This document shows positions 24,473 to 38,472 of a DNA stretch of 64,000 nt, piece by piece. The position numbers were made by a program, and so were the translations under genes. The DNA is from Camelus dromedarius (taxonomy: Eukaryota), in contig NC_087436.1 in assembly GCF_036321535.1 (NCBI RefSeq), forward strand, positions 20,586,001 to 20,650,000, in the 5' to 3' direction. Each line of letters starts with the position of its first letter. Position 1 is the stretch's first letter. The notes under the pieces are model-generated. The model saw only the letters and a list, made by a program, of their open reading frames with translations. It was not told the DNA's origin and did not search any database.

Positions 24473-27400
24473 TCATTATCATCTCTTAACGTGAGTTACT
24501 GCAACGGCCTCCTAAATAGTCTCTCCACCTCCAGTCTTCCTTCTCTAGCAATTCTCCACACTGTAGCTATCTTCTAGTAATAAAAAACAAGTCCTGTCAT
24601 TCTCGTGCTAAGTCCGTCTCTGCATTTCCATGGCTTTTAAGATGAAATTCAAAATTCTTCCCATCGCCTGGAAGGCCTCGCCTGATGTGGACTCCAGCCT
24701 CACTTCTTGCCACTTCTGCTCTAGGTCTCTTTACTCCTGACAGTCTTCCCTCTAAACACTGGAAGGAGCTATGCTCTCCCATGCGTCCAGACTCTTGCTC
24801 AAACTCTTCCTTCCTTGGAGGAGCCTCCTCACTTCAGTCCCCTGCACATCACCCACACACTTTCCCCTGGCTGACTCCTATAGCTCAGTTTAAATGTTAT
24901 GTCCTTGAGGATGCCCACCCTGCATTTGTCTGTTCTCCGCGGTGTACTTGTATATTATCTTGCTGATTTCTAAGGCTCTCATCAGACTTCCAATGACTGA
25001 TTTTTCCTTTTTTTTAGGTAAACTTTTAATTGAAGTATAGCATCACAGAAAAATGGTACAAATCATGAATATGTATCTTGATGAATTTTCACAAAATGAA
25101 CACACCCATTGAGATCAAGAAATAGAACATCACCAGCGCCCCAGAAACCCACTTGTGTCCCCTTACACTTTCTTTTTTTCACTTTTTTAACTTTAATTTT
25201 TTTGAATTACAATGTGTCAGTTTCTGGTGTACAGCACAATGTCCCAGTGACGCATACACATACATATATTTGTTTTCATATTCTTTTTCATTAAAGGTTG
25301 TTACAAGATATTGAATGCAGTTCCCTGTGCTACACAGAAGAAACTTGGTTTTTTAAAAAATCTATTTTTATATATAGTGGCTGACATTAGTTTTATACTT
25401 TCTTACCTTACATAAATAGAGTCACACAGTACGTATTCTTTTGGGTCTTCTTTTACTCAATATTGCATTTGTGAAATTCATAGTGTATCGAGCAATAATC
25501 TTTCTTTCCCAATCCTCTGAATGAATACACCACAATTTTTGTATCCATTCTCCGGTTGATTGACATTTGGGTGTTTCCAGTTTCTGGTTATTGTGAATGC
25601 TGCTTATGTGATGAGCATTCTTGTATCCTTGTATCTGTTCTTTTTTTTTCCAGAACAATTTGTGCATTTCTATTTTGCATACATTTAGGAGTGAACCTAT
25701 TGCAGGGTCATAGGGTGAACATATGTTCAGCTTTAGCAACAGTTTTTCAAAGAGGTTGTACCAATTTAAACTTTCATGAGAAATGTGGCTTTAAACTCTT
25801 GTTGCCATTTGGTAATGTACTTTTTATTTAGCCATTCTGGTAGGTTCATAGTGGTACCTTTATTTTCTTTTTTATTTTGTGATTTGCATCTTTCTGAAGA
25901 TGACTAATGAAGTTCAATATCCTTTTTATTGGCCATTTGTATATCCTCTTTTGTGAAATTCTTGTTCAAATCCTTAAGACTTTGTCGCTGAGCTTTTTCT
26001 TCTCATCGATATATTAGTGTTTTTGTGTGTTCTGTGGTAATGTATTTTGTATACTTCTCTGCTGTTGGGTGTATATGTATTGCAAATATCTTCTTCTAGT
26101 CTTCGACCTGTTGTTTACACTTTTGAGGATGTCTTCTGAAGAAAATACATTCTTGATTTTAATGAAGTCTAATTTATCAATATTGTTCTTTGTGGATTTT
26201 TGTATCTTATTAAGAAATTATTGCCTACCCTAAAGTCATAACTATATTCTGTTTTTCTTATTTTAAGAAGGTTATTGTTTTGCATTTAGGTCTACCATGT
26301 AAAAGTGATTTTTATGTGTGATATGAAATATGATGTTCTATTCATTATATAATGGAGAGACCGAATGTGCAGATTGTCTAGATTTAAAGACAATCTCTGC
26401 CACCTTGTATGACCTTGGGAAAATTACTTAACCATTGTGTGCTTCAGTTTCCGCATCTATAAAAAGGACATTATAGTTCTTGTATCGTTGTTACTATATG
26501 TGAGCCATAAATGATAAAGAAATGAAAAAATCAAGCAAAATGTCTTTCATGTTTACCTATTCACTATTTCTGATGCTAATTACTCCATTGTTTACAGTTA
26601 CAATTTTTTTTAGGTATCACTTTTTTCCTGTTTGAAGAATAACTTTTCTTCTAGTGCAAGTGTGCTGATAATGTATTTTCTAAGCTGTTGTTTGTCTGAA
26701 AAGTCTTTATTTTGCCTTCATTTTTGAAGTATATTTTTGCTAGGTGTAGAATTTTAGATTGACATTTTTGTTTCTTACATATATACTTTGTAGATGCCAC
26801 TTCACTCTTTTCTAGCTTTATAGTTCCTGGCAGGAAGTTTGTTAAGATTTTTATCTTACTACCTTTGTATAGTCTTTTTTTCTGGCTTCATTTCAGATTT
26901 TCTCTGTTACTATTTTTTTTTTTTTAAGGATACTATTGTAGTGGGGTTTGGTGTGGTTTTCTTCATGTTATTTTATTTGATGTTTGTTGAGCTTCTTGGA
27001 TGTTTGTGTTTATAATTTTCATCAAAGTTGGAAAATATTCATCCAATAGTTCTTCAAATATTTTCTCTGCCTTTCCATGCCTTCACATCCTCTCCTACTA
27101 AAACTATAGTTATTTGTATGTTAGTCTGCTCGATTCTGTCCTACCAGTTACTAAGCGTCTATTGGTTTAAATTTTTTTTTTCTTTGTGCATTATTTTGGG
27201 TGGTTTCTCTTGCTTTGCTAGCTAATTTTTTTCTTTTGTTAACCTCATTCTTTGTGTGTTTTTTTTTTTTCAATCTCTAACAGTTCCATCTGGGTCATTT
27301 TTATATCTTTCACTCTTCTCATTAAGTTCATTTTTTTCCCTTAAATCTTTGAGTTTGTTTATAATACTAATAGCTGGTGTTTTAAAGTCAGTGCCTGATA

Positions 27401-30337
27401 ACTGTGTCATAGTCATCGGTTCTTATTCTATTTTTACCTATGGCTTTTTCTCCTGGATACACAGTGACATTTTCATGCTTCTCTGCATGCCTGATCATTT
27501 TCTTATTGCATTCCACACACTAAATTTTACATTGTTGATCTCCTGATTCTGTCATCTTCCTTTAAGACCTGTTGTTTTGGCAAACAATTAGTTATGCAGT
27601 TCTGTTTGTTCTTTTGGATTGGTTTTGTTTTGCTGGGGTGGTTTTTAGAACAGTCTTTAGTGCAAGTTTAACCCCAGTATTAAGTCAGATCTTTCTGAGG
27701 TCTCTACTGAATGCTGTTTAATTATGAAGTGTCTCTGCTCTGGCTGTTAAATTATTTCTAGCTCCATTCTGGGAATCCTTCAGTCTATTTGCTTTCCTAC
27801 TTCCAGTCTCAAGGTATTTTACTCCTTGGATGTGGAGGTCAGTATCCTGCCAAACACTCCAGAGGGCTCCTTTGCAGACCTTTAGAACTATCTCTTCACA
27901 GTTTACTCATCTCTGGTACTCTGCTCCAGTAATTCCAGTCACCTTGACCTCCCTGAACTCTAATCTCTTAACTATTGAAGGTACTGGAGTGTGTATAATT
28001 CCCTCCTTGAGTTGCCTAGAAACTGCCACCTGGCAGAAAGCCAAGAGAATCATAGCGCTTATCTTGTTTGCTTTCCTCTTCCCAAGGATCACAGGCCACT
28101 GTTGCTTGTTGTGCAATGTCTGAAAAGCATTGTTCCATATACTTTGTACAGTTTTTTTGTTGTTGTTATTTTCAGTGGGAGGGTAATTGTCAGACCCCTT
28201 CCATGATATTTTTGTTTCTATTAACCACATTTAAAAATTATTTCTTCTTCCCTTCTTTTGAAGCAATTAAGTTTTCTTTGTTCCATAATTGTATTATATT
28301 GGTTTTAGAAAATGTCCTGTTCTTCTAAAGATTACCCTTGAATTTAGGGTTCTTTCAACAAGGATCCTGAATCAGGGTTACCACACACACTGCACAGACT
28401 GAGAACTGAGTGACTCTAGAGAAAACCATTTACATGCACTTGGAGTTGTAAAACATTACAGCTGGTATACATTAGGATCAGTCGATCTATCTATCTAATA
28501 TATGATCATATATTTATATATTTCTTTATTTTTGAAAGATAGTTTGTCTGGACAGAGAATTTTATGTTCAAAGTTATTTCCCTTTAGATATTTAAAGATA
28601 TCATGCCTTTAAAAATAGTCACCTATGTTACTTTTGAGACGTTGGCTATAAGTCTGATTCTCCTTCCATTTTAGATGATCTGTCTTTATGGTAGCTTTTA
28701 GGATTTTCTATTTATCCTTGATGTTCTGGAATTTCAGTGCCAGTACTCAAAGTATAGATTTTAAAACGCTTGTTTCTGCTTGGCAATCTATTAGTTTTTT
28801 TCTATTTGAGGACTCATGATGTTCTTAAGTTCTGAGAAAAAAAATTGCCATTATTATTTTAGTTATTGCCTGCCTTATAATCTCTCTAGTGTTTCCTTTT
28901 AAAAGTACTAGTAAACAAATGTTGGTACTTTTGTATCTATTCTTGTCAAACTTTTTTCATTAAAAAACTATTTTTAAATTAATTAATTAACTAATTAATT
29001 AATGCTGTATGCTAGAACTCCTCAGTCAAATTTACCAGTTCGGTATCTCTTTAACTTTGTCCTGTTGGGAATTATTCCACCTATAGATTTTTAAAAAAAT
29101 ATTTTTATTTTGAAATAATTTTAGGCTTATAAAAGTATTGTAAAAATAGAGTTCTCATACACTTTGACTCAGCTTCCCTTAGTGTTAGCATCTTAAATAA
29201 TCATAGTACAACTATTCAAACTGAGACATTAACATTGGTACAGCAGGATTGATTAAATCTAGACTTTATGTGAACTTTATGAGTTTTTCCACTAATGTCC
29301 TTTTTTGTGCTGTGTTTCAGGATCCAATCCAGGAGCCCACATCGCATTGGTTGTCATGTCTGTCTTCCAAACTGTGACAGGTCTTCAGTCTTCCCTCATC
29401 TTTCATGACCTTGGCACCTTTAAAATTAGCTTTGTTGATATACAATAAATTGACATATTTAAAGTGGACAATTTGGTATTTTGGCATATGAATACTCCCA
29501 TGAAACCAGTGCACAATCAAAATAATGAACCCGTCCATTATTTTTGAATTCCAAAATTTCCCTGTGCCCCATTCGAATTCCTCCCTGTTGCCCCTCCCCA
29601 CTTCCTGCGACCTGGCAACCACCAATCAGCTTTCTGTCACTTTAAATTAGTTTTAATTTTATAGAAATTTATATAAATGAAATAATATAGTATGAGTATG
29701 TACTCTCTTTTTCTTTTTGTCTAACCTCTTTCTTTCAGCATAATTATTTGGAAGTTCATGTTGAAGTGTCTTGTTAGAAGTTCATTCCTTTTCATTGCTA
29801 AAGAATATTTCCTTGCAGTGATAGACCAGTTAGATATTCACCTGTAGATGGACATTTGGGGTTGCTTCCCATTTTTGGTTATCAAAAATAAAGTTACTGT
29901 GGAAATTCCTGTACAAATTTTTGTATGGGCATATGACTCAATAGATAGGAGTAGAATAGCTTGATTGTGTGATAGACGTGTGTCTAACTATTTAAGAAAA
30001 CTTGCCAAATGGTTTTCAAAGTGGTTGTACCATGTTAGATTCCCTGCAGCAGTTTATGAGAGTTCTCCTTGTCCCACATCTTCACCAACAGTTGGCATGA
30101 TTGGTTGTTTAAATTTTAGCCCTTATAGTAGATGTACAGTGGTATATTATTGTAGTTTTAATTTACATTTTCCAAATGACTAATGATGCTTTTAAGGTGC
30201 TTATTTGCCATCTGCAAAATGTCTTTGGTGAAGTGTTTGTTCAAATATTTTGTCCATTAAAAAAATTTTTTTAAATCATTCTTTTTTTTTTCCTTCCAGT
30301 TTTACTGAGATATAATTGACATACAGCACTGTATACT

Positions 30338-30478
30338 TTTTAGGGGGTGTGGGAGGTAATTAAGTTTTATTGATATTTATTTATTTATTTATTTATTTTA
30401 ATGGAGGTACAGGGGATTGAATCATGGACCTTATGCATTCTAGGCACGTGCCTAGCTACAGAGCTATATCCTCCTCCC
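30338..30478 (-). mobile_element. tRNA-Ala-derived SINE (long form)
   Basis: gggaggtaattaag..atggaggtacaggggattgaatc..gagctatatcctcctccc. Confidence 0.87.
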
Positions 30479-33068
30479 TGTCCATTTTTGTTGATTTTGC
30501 TGTTTTTGTGTTGTGTTTGTTTTTCTATTATTGAGTTTTGACAGTTCTTTATTTATTCTGTATTCAAGTCCATTCTTGGTTTTATATTTTGTAAATATTT
30601 TATCCCAGTCTCTGGCTTGTTTTTTCACTCTTAACAGTGTTTTTCAAAGAGCAAATTTTAAATTGTGATGAAATCTAACTTATCAATTTATTTATTGATG
30701 GATCATGCTTTTGGTGTCACATTTAAAAAAAAAACCTTTACCTAAACTAAGGTTGCAGAATTTCTCCTATGATTTTGTCAAGAAGTTTTATAGTTTTGGG
30801 TTTTATCTTTGGGTTATCATCCATTTTGACTTAATTTTTGTATGAGGTTCGAGGTATAGATCAAAGTTCATTTTTTTTTCCTTTTTTTTTTTTTTTGCAT
30901 CTGGATGTCTAATTGTTTCACCATTATTTATCAAGAGGACTATCTTTTCTCCAGTCAATGGCCTCTGTTTTTTTGAAGCATCAGTTGTCCATATGTGTAG
31001 GGGCATTTACAGGGATTTTTATTTTTAAAATTATGTATGTAATTCCCAAGATTTCTAAATGTTTTACGTCTGCCTTGTATTCTGTATCTGCACATTACTT
31101 TTTCAAATCTTTTTCCCATTTGTAAGCATTTCTATCAAAACTGTACACTTACGAAGTTTCAAGAATCAAATAATTCTATAAAGTTGGTTACAGAAAAACA
31201 AGAGCAGATATGGCCTTCTGGTTCACATTTCTCCTACCCAAAGGAAACTAATTTCTTCTAGCTACTTGTTTTGTTATTTAATTTGTATGTGTCTAAATAA
31301 CATGCTGTACTGAGTGAGACCTCTTGATCTTCAGTTGTAGACATCACTACTCACTTTCCTTACTGGAGGACAAGGCTTCGACTATCTTTTCCCTGTGTCA
31401 AACATACATGCGTACTTTCCAGCCTCAGCCTAGTTTCTCAGACTAGTTATTTTGTTGAGAGAAATATTTATTGCTTTTCTCATTATGAATTTATAAAGAC
31501 TAAGCAGTAAACTATGACAACTGCTCATGTCCCGTGTTCCCTGGAGGTAATAATTTTCTTTTTTGGGGGGGTGGGAGGATCATTTGCTTAGTTTTCTAGG
31601 TATATTTCTAGCTCCAAACACTGCCAACTAAACGTCTCCCAACATTCAGAATAACAGGTACTTATGGTACAATATCACCTTTTTGAAGGAATTTCTCTCA
31701 GTCTTTTTACGGGTTCTAATATGGACAGGTTATACTCTGTTACTACTGAAGAGAGGTCATTCTAGGATCACCAGCATCATTAGTTCAAAATATCTTTTCG
31801 TTCTGAACTTCCTGTTTTCAGAACCCTATATATTACTCTTTCTTAATTTACTCCCTCAGTTTGGTGCAATTAGCCTCTAATAACTTCCTGAGAAGGGATC
31901 TGTAGGAGATAGATTTATGAGATCCTGCATGTCTAAAATAGTCTTTCTTCTATGCTCACACTTCATTGATGGTTTATTTGGATTTATATGCCTATGTTGT
32001 AAATCCTTTTCTTAATGATTTTGGAAAGCATTTCTCAATTCTCCTCTAGATTCCAGTGTTGCTTAGTAAAACTTAGAGGGCATTCTGATTCCTGAATTTT
32101 TATATTTGGCCTTCTCCTTCTCTGTGATCTGTCTTTTCACTCTCCTATTGATGTCTTTTGATGAACATAAATGCTTAAGATTAATTAAATCCAATTTAAA
32201 AATTTTTTTCTTTTATTGTTAGTACCTTTTGCATCTTGCTCAAGAAATCTTTGCTTACTCCAAGGCCATGAAGTTATCCTCCTATATTTTCTCAAAAAAA
32301 ATTTTATGCTTTTACCATATATAGTTTTGTCTATGAAGAAATCTAACTTTTGTATATGATATGAAGTAGGCACCAACGTTCACTTTTTTTCCACATGGGT
32401 ATGTAATTGCTCAAGCATTATTTACTAAAATTGTCATCTTTTCCCTACAGAATTTCTCTGGCATTTTTTCGGTAAATCATTTGATTGTATATGGGTAGGT
32501 TTAAATATAATTCTGTTTACTGCTCCATCGATCCAATGTTGCACTGTCTCACTTACTGTAGCTTTATAATAGGTTGTACAATCTAGTATTATTCCTCCAA
32601 ATTTGCTCTACTTCAAGATTGTCTTCTAAGTCTTTTAAATTTCCATATAAATTTTAGATTCATTTGTCAATTTCTGAAAGGAAAAAAGATCCCTGATGGG
32701 ATTTGGTTTTGGACTTCACTGAATCTATGGGTAAATTGGGAGAAAATTGAAATCTCAATGATTTTGAATTCTTCCGATCTATTGACATATTGTGGCTCTC
32801 AATTTATTTAGGTCTTTAATTTCTCTTTAATATTTTATAATTTTCAGTGTAGTGGTCATACACATCTTTTGGGAAATTCATTTCTAGTTATTTGATATTT
32901 TAATAGAATTGTAGGTAGTATTTTTGTTAATTTCATTTACTAGTTGTTTTTTGTTAGGTCATAAAAATACAATTAGTTTTTGTATCTTGATTATATTTTT
33001 AGTGACACTTTAAATTCACTTATTAATTCATTTTGTTTTTAGTGACACTTTAAATTCACTTATAAATT

Positions 33069-33633
33069 CACTATTTACAATAGCCAAGACATGGAAACAG
33101 ACTAAATGTCCATCAACAGATGACTGGATAAAGAAGATGTGGTATATTTAAACAATGGAATACTATTCAGCCATAAAAACAACAACTTAACGCCATTTGC
33201 AGCAACATGGATGTTCCCTGGAGAGTGTCATTCTAAGTAAAGTAAGCCAGAAAGAGAAAGAAAAATACCATATGAGATCGCTTATATGTGGAATCTAAAA
33301 AAAAAAAAAAAAAAAGAACATAAATACAAAACAGAAACAGACTCATAGACATATAATACAAACTTGTGGTTGCCAGGGGGGAGAGGGGTGGGAAGGGACA
33401 GACTGGGAGTTCAAAATTTATAGATACTGACAGGCATATGTAGAATAGATAAACAAGATTATACTGTATAGCACAGGGAAATATATACAAGATCTTGTGG
33501 TAGCTCACAGTGAAAAAAAAAAGTGACAATGAATATATGTATGTTCATATATAACTGAAAAATTGTGCTCTACCCTGGAATTTGACACAACATTGTAAAA
33601 TGAGTATAACTCAATAAAAAATGTTTAAAAAAA
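33069..33633 (+). mobile_element. Young 5'-truncated L1 with a complex 5' junction
   Basis: cactatttacaatagccaagacatggaaac..aataaaaa. TSD taaattcacttattaattc at 33011-33029 and 33634-33652. Confidence 0.94.
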
Positions 33634-33849
33634 TAAATTCACTTATTAATTCTAGTAGTTTGCAAATTATTTTGGATTTTCCGTGTATACAGTCATGTCT
33701 GTTTTTCTGCAAATACAGTTTTTTTTTCTTCTTTTCCAGTCCGTATACCTTTTCATTCCTTTCCTTTCCTATTGTGCTTGACTGGGGCCTCCAGAACAGT
33801 GTTGAAATATTTGATGGTGGTGCACGTTCTCATCCTCAGGAGGTTATTG

Positions 33850-33996
33850 GTTTTTACCACTGAGGGGGTGGTGCTAAGGCATCTAGCGGGTAGAGGCCAG
33901 AGATGTTACTAACCATCCCAGAATGCACAGGCCATACTCCCACAACAAAGGATTATCCAGCCCCAGTGTCAGCAACACCGAGCTGAGAAACCCTGG
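33850..33996 (+). mobile_element. MER20 (hAT-Charlie) fragment
   Basis: ggcatctagcgggtagaggccagagatgttact..cccacaacaaaggattatccagcccc..gctgagaaaccctg. Confidence 0.8.
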
Positions 33997-35805
33997 TGTC
34001 AGGGAAAGGAGACTAACATCTCATAAACCTTAGGGTATGGCTGCTGGTATTCACAACCCTGACCTTGAATCAGTAAGAAAACATTAGATAATGAGATCAG
34101 CGCACTCTAAAATGTCATGCATTCTAGGAAGATTTATGTAAAAATTGTTAAGATTTGCAATGATTTGGGGCTTAAAGTCATGTTTCAATTGTCTAAGAAA
34201 TTAATTTACGTGAAAGATCTCATTTCCAAATAGTGCCAAATGCAAGAAGTGTTACAGAAAGGCAAGACCTCTTTACAATTTTTATATTGTTCGATGATAA
34301 TTTAAAAAATATTGCCTGCTTACATTTCTGGTTTGATATTTGCACAAAGAGAGGTTTTTTTTTTAAGTTTCTAAAACAAACTGTGGTTTGGACTTCAGGG
34401 CCCCGCTGAATATTCTTCCTCTCTATAGAGACCTTTACACAATAGTGGGCCTGGACCTCACCAGCATCTGGCTGTCAGCTGGGAGCTCACTCAGAAGGGG
34501 CTTCTCCTGCAGACCCGTCATCCCTCTCACCTTCAGGGCTGGGGCACCCTCAGACAGGGCGTGGAAGAGCCAACTAAACTGGGTTACATGCAGCAGGTTT
34601 CTGGAATTCATCTGGGTGGGGTGGAGGAGGGGAGGGAAGATGGCATGGAAGGAACTTATGCAAAAGTTCGGGAAAGGATAAACTGTGCTGAAAATAAAAC
34701 GAATAAGCAACAACATCTGGAAACTGATTGAAAAAAGACGCTAACTGAAAGTGCATCTGGGGAAGAGGAAACTGGACCCGGATTGCCACGGATCTGGAAA
34801 GATCAGGAGGCTAGAGAAAGTCCTATTTAAAAAAAAAAAAAAGGCCCTGTGGGCATTCATCAGCAAACAAACTTGACTTGTCTTCCTGACCAAGAAATCT
34901 CTGTCTGTATTTCGGCATGCTCTCTGGGTTATGAAATATGTGCAGGAAGGAAGCCCAGAAGAGCCAGAAATTCCAGTGGTAAGGGAAGATGGCACTGCTG
35001 TGGCAGGATACAAAAGGTGCAGCGTTGAGTAGAGATCAGCTCTGTAGCTAACAGGTCATCCGTTAGGCAGAAATAAGCCAATTTCATTGCCTCTTTAATC
35101 ACTGCATTCCACTCATCTCCTCAATGAAATATTGGCTCAAGTCTTGGATCACAATATCACCAAATGGCTCAGATGATACTGACTTGTGATATGGCCTAAG
35201 TGTATTTCTCTGCGTGTTTATAACACTGGATAATAGCCACATCAACGCGGTGGATCATAAATCACGCTCTCATCACAGTCTCCAACCATGCAGAGCCAAC
35301 CACAGTTCTCCCTGTCCGTCTGAAGAGGGAGGAGAGCCTAGCTTTGTTCACTGGATCTCAGTGTCCTCCTTGAAGTCACGGAGGAATGAACATGTGATGC
35401 AATCTTAAGACACAAAGTGAGTCTGTTGTATCAAATCTCCAGGGGCGATGAGGTGATGACCACCAGAGCTGCTGGCTGATGTGCCTTGGGGGACCTCAAA
35501 ACTAAGACAGAATACCCTCCTCTGTTAGGGCTGTGGTAGGATTATTTGTCAAGAACATGGTCATGTTCCTCAGGAAGCTCACAGATTTCTTCCTGTTAGA
35601 GTAACCTCATTCTTTGTTTTCAACCTCTTTCCTTTAGTTCTTTTGGAAGAGGAATATTGGCCCACTCTATACTGCCAAGCTTTGAAGTTTAAAGAAGACG
35701 CTATCTTGTGGTCCCTATTATGCTAATCTGTGGAGGGCAGGGAACTCCTATTCATAAGGCATTTTGCCTCTAAAGACAAGAATGACACAGTATACACACA
35801 CCCAC

Positions 35806-36157
35806 TGTTACAGGTTGAATCCCTCCACTCCAAATTCATAGTTCACAGGACCTCAGAATGTGTCTGTATTTGGAGTAGGACCTTTAAAGAAGTAATTAAG
35901 TTAAAATGAGGTCACTAAGGTGGGTCCTAATACAACATGACTGGTGTCTTTATAAGAAGAGATTAGGACAAAGAGGGACGGTCATGTGAAGATATACAGA
36001 GACAGCCATGTGCAAGCCAAGGAGAAGGGCCTCAGAAGAAACCAATGCTGCTGACACCTTGATCTCAGATCTCTGGCCCCCAGAGCTGTGAGATAACACA
36101 TTTCTGTTGTTTAACCCACCCAGTTCTTGGACATGGCAGCCCTAGCAAACTAACACA
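35806..36157 (+). mobile_element. MaLR solo LTR (MLT1A-like)
   Basis: tgttacaggttgaat...gcagccctagcaaactaacaca. TSD-like cccac/cccaa. Confidence 0.88.
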
Positions 36158-36329
36158 CCCAAACACACCTTGAGGTATTTTTCTGGATAAGTACGTATTT
36201 TCTCCAAGTTTAAGTGGATTTTAGAAAAATACTGACTTGTAAAGAAAACAGAGATAATACCAAACATCCCCCACAAAATTTCTTCACATAAAATGCACAG
36301 ACAACAGTGTGAATTCACCCACCATGGTA

Positions 36330-36790
36330 TACACTCTTAATTTGGGTTCCCATCAAATCAGACCCACAGATAGGAGTCAGAGTGTATGTAGGTGATTTGG
36401 GAAGTGACTCCAGAAAATTGTGGCAGGGGAGTAGAGAAATGAAAGAGAAAATTGGGGTTAGGTAAGAAGCAGGCTGCCGTTGTAGGTAACTGGGTCTCCA
36501 TCCCAGTGGAGAGCCCTGGGAGAGGGAACAGGAAAGGCCTCACAGGCTTCACTCTTGATGAGGAGGCAGGTGGAACATTCCCCCTTCAAGTCTACTGGTC
36601 ATTGATTGAAAACTGCACTTGTGGATTCCACCTTCCTCATAGCCCCACTTACCCTGCTTTGTAGCCAGAGAGCATCCTAACGCAGGGAAATTCAACTGCT
36701 TATGGAACATACCCAGGTTTGCATCGAACAATGAGGGCTGAGAGGATGTGGCAGGACACTGACGCGACATTATACACAGTCTTTCTGTCT
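36330..36790 (-). mobile_element. Old ERVL LTR (LTR16/LTR33-like)
   Basis: ttgggttccc..cagaccc..atttgggaagtgactccag..ggggagtagagaaatg. Confidence 0.55.
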
Positions 36791-36974
36791 GCTGGTGTCT
36801 ATCTCCTTGGGGGGAGACTTCCCCCCTTCTTAGTCCATGTGACTCTGGGGGTGTAGTTTCCCCCCATAGCTCTCGGAGTAGGCGCATGGCTTAGACCTAC
36901 CGAGTTGGCCTGTGTTAGCCAATCAGGTGTGTCATCCTCACACAGTGTTGTTTTTTTTTTAAATACAGTATTTA

Positions 36975-37232
36975 AAAAATTTTTCCATTGAAGTGTAGTT
37001 GATTTACAATGTTGTATTAGTTTCAGGTGTACAGCAAAGTGATTTAGTTATATATATATATTCTTTTCCATTATGGTTTATTACAGGATATTGAATATAG
37101 TTCCCTGTGCTCTATGGCAGGACCTTGTTGTTTATCTGTTTTATACACAGTAGTCTGTGTCTGCTAATCCCAAACTCTTAATTTATCCCTCCCCCACTTC
37201 CTTTCCCCTTTGGTAACCATAAGTGTGTTGTC
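36975..37232 (-). mobile_element. L1 3' tip inserted in an old LTR
   Basis: ttgaagtgtagttgatttacaatgttgtattagtttcaggtgtacagcaaagtga..tttggtaaccataag. Confidence 0.9.
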
Positions 37233-37667
37233 TGTGGTCCCAAGCTGGACCAGTAGAACTCTTTCTAGGACTTTTGTTAGAAAAGAGGCCCCCTCTTTAC
37301 ACTGAGATTTCCAGCTGCAAAGCTGATGAAGGTGGGGGCTGCCAGGGGCTATCTGGAGCCCCAGGTGAGGGGAGCTGGCCTGAGGCTACAGTAATCACAC
37401 AGGAAAGCTGGACAGGAGAAGATGGCACAGCCCCAGGATCCAGGCTTCAGTTTGGGCTCCACAGTTACCCGAGTCCATCAATTCCCTTTGTTGGCTTAAA
37501 TTGTTTGATTGGGTTTCTGTTACTTCTAACCGGAAGAGGCTCAACTTCTTATCAGTATAAATATTTGTAAATCATATGTCACTTTCACTTTTCTTCCTCA
37601 GATTTGAACATTTTAGAATACTATTTTTTTAAGTTGTAGTCACATATATATAACAAAACTTACTTTT

Positions 37668-38018
37668 TGTCTTAGCTCAGGCTACTGTAACAGAATAGCA
37701 TAGACTGGGTGACTTAAGGGAAATTTATTTCTATAGTGCGGGAGACTGGGAAGTTTGTGATCAGGGTGCCAGCATGGAAGGTTCTGGGGAGCGCCTTCTT
37801 CCTGGCCTGTAGCCAGCTGCCTTCTTGCTGTGTCCTCTCATGGGCAAGAGAGAGCAAGAGATCTCTCTTGTGTCTCTTCTTATAAGGGCACTAATCTGTG
37901 CATGAAGGCTCTACTCTCATGGTCTAACAGATCCCCAAATGCCACACCACCAAATACCATCACACTGGGGATTAGGGTCTCCCACACAAATTTTGGAAAG
38001 ACACATTCATTCCATTGC
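37668..38018 (-). mobile_element. MaLR LTR (MLT1A-like)
   Basis: tgtcttagctcaggctactgtaacagaatagcatagactgggtgactta..cttcttataagggcactaat..aataccatcacactggggattaggg. Confidence 0.88.
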
Positions 38019-38019
38019 A

Positions 38020-38472
38020 CTATTTTATCCATTTTTTAACGTACAGTTCAGCGTCATTAAGTGCATTCTCATTATTGTGCAACCATCACCACTGTCCTCC
38101 AGAAATTCTTCATCACCCCAACCAGAAAACGTGTACCTATTAAATAATAACTCCACATTACTCCTTTTCCCAGGCCTTGGTAACCACTGTTCTACTTTCT
38201 ATCTCAATGAATTTGCCTCTTCTATGTACCCCATATAAATAGAATCATACAAATATTTGTCCTTTGGCATATGGCTTATCTCACTTGGTGTAATGTTTTT
38301 GAGGGTCCTCCATGTTGTAGCATGTGTCTGAATTGTATTCCTTTTTCAGGCTGAATAATATTCCATCGTAGGTATATGCCGCATTTTGTTTATTCATTTG
38401 TCTGCTGATGGACAGTTCGGTGTTTCCACCTTTTGGCTACTGTGAGTAATGGTGCTGTGAACATTGGTATGC
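38020..38472 (-). mobile_element. L1MA/MB-like 3' end; its extreme tail at ~37625-37667 is separated by the MaLR LTR
   Basis: gtacagttcagcgtcattaagtgcattc..ggtaaccactgttctactttct..ggctgaataatattccatcgta. Confidence 0.85.

Larger units (their letters stand above)
23720..24980 (+). mobile_element. L2 remnant interrupted by an L1 tip and a SINE
   Basis: atctccagttcaggcctctctcctgga..atctcaagctcaacacgtcca..actgcaacggcctcctaaatagtctc. Confidence 0.7.
25010..33790 (-). mobile_element. Mosaic of old L1 (L1MC/L1MD/L1ME-like) segments with nested younger insertions (L1 ~25180-25390, MIR ~26360-26480, SINE, + strand L1)
   Basis: Recurrent antisense L1 ORF2/3'UTR phrases. ORFs 25422-25739(-) ..YDPAI..PKCQSTGEWIQKLWCIH, 30803-31006(-) and 32185-32376(-) are ORF2-like debris. 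Confidence 0.8.
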
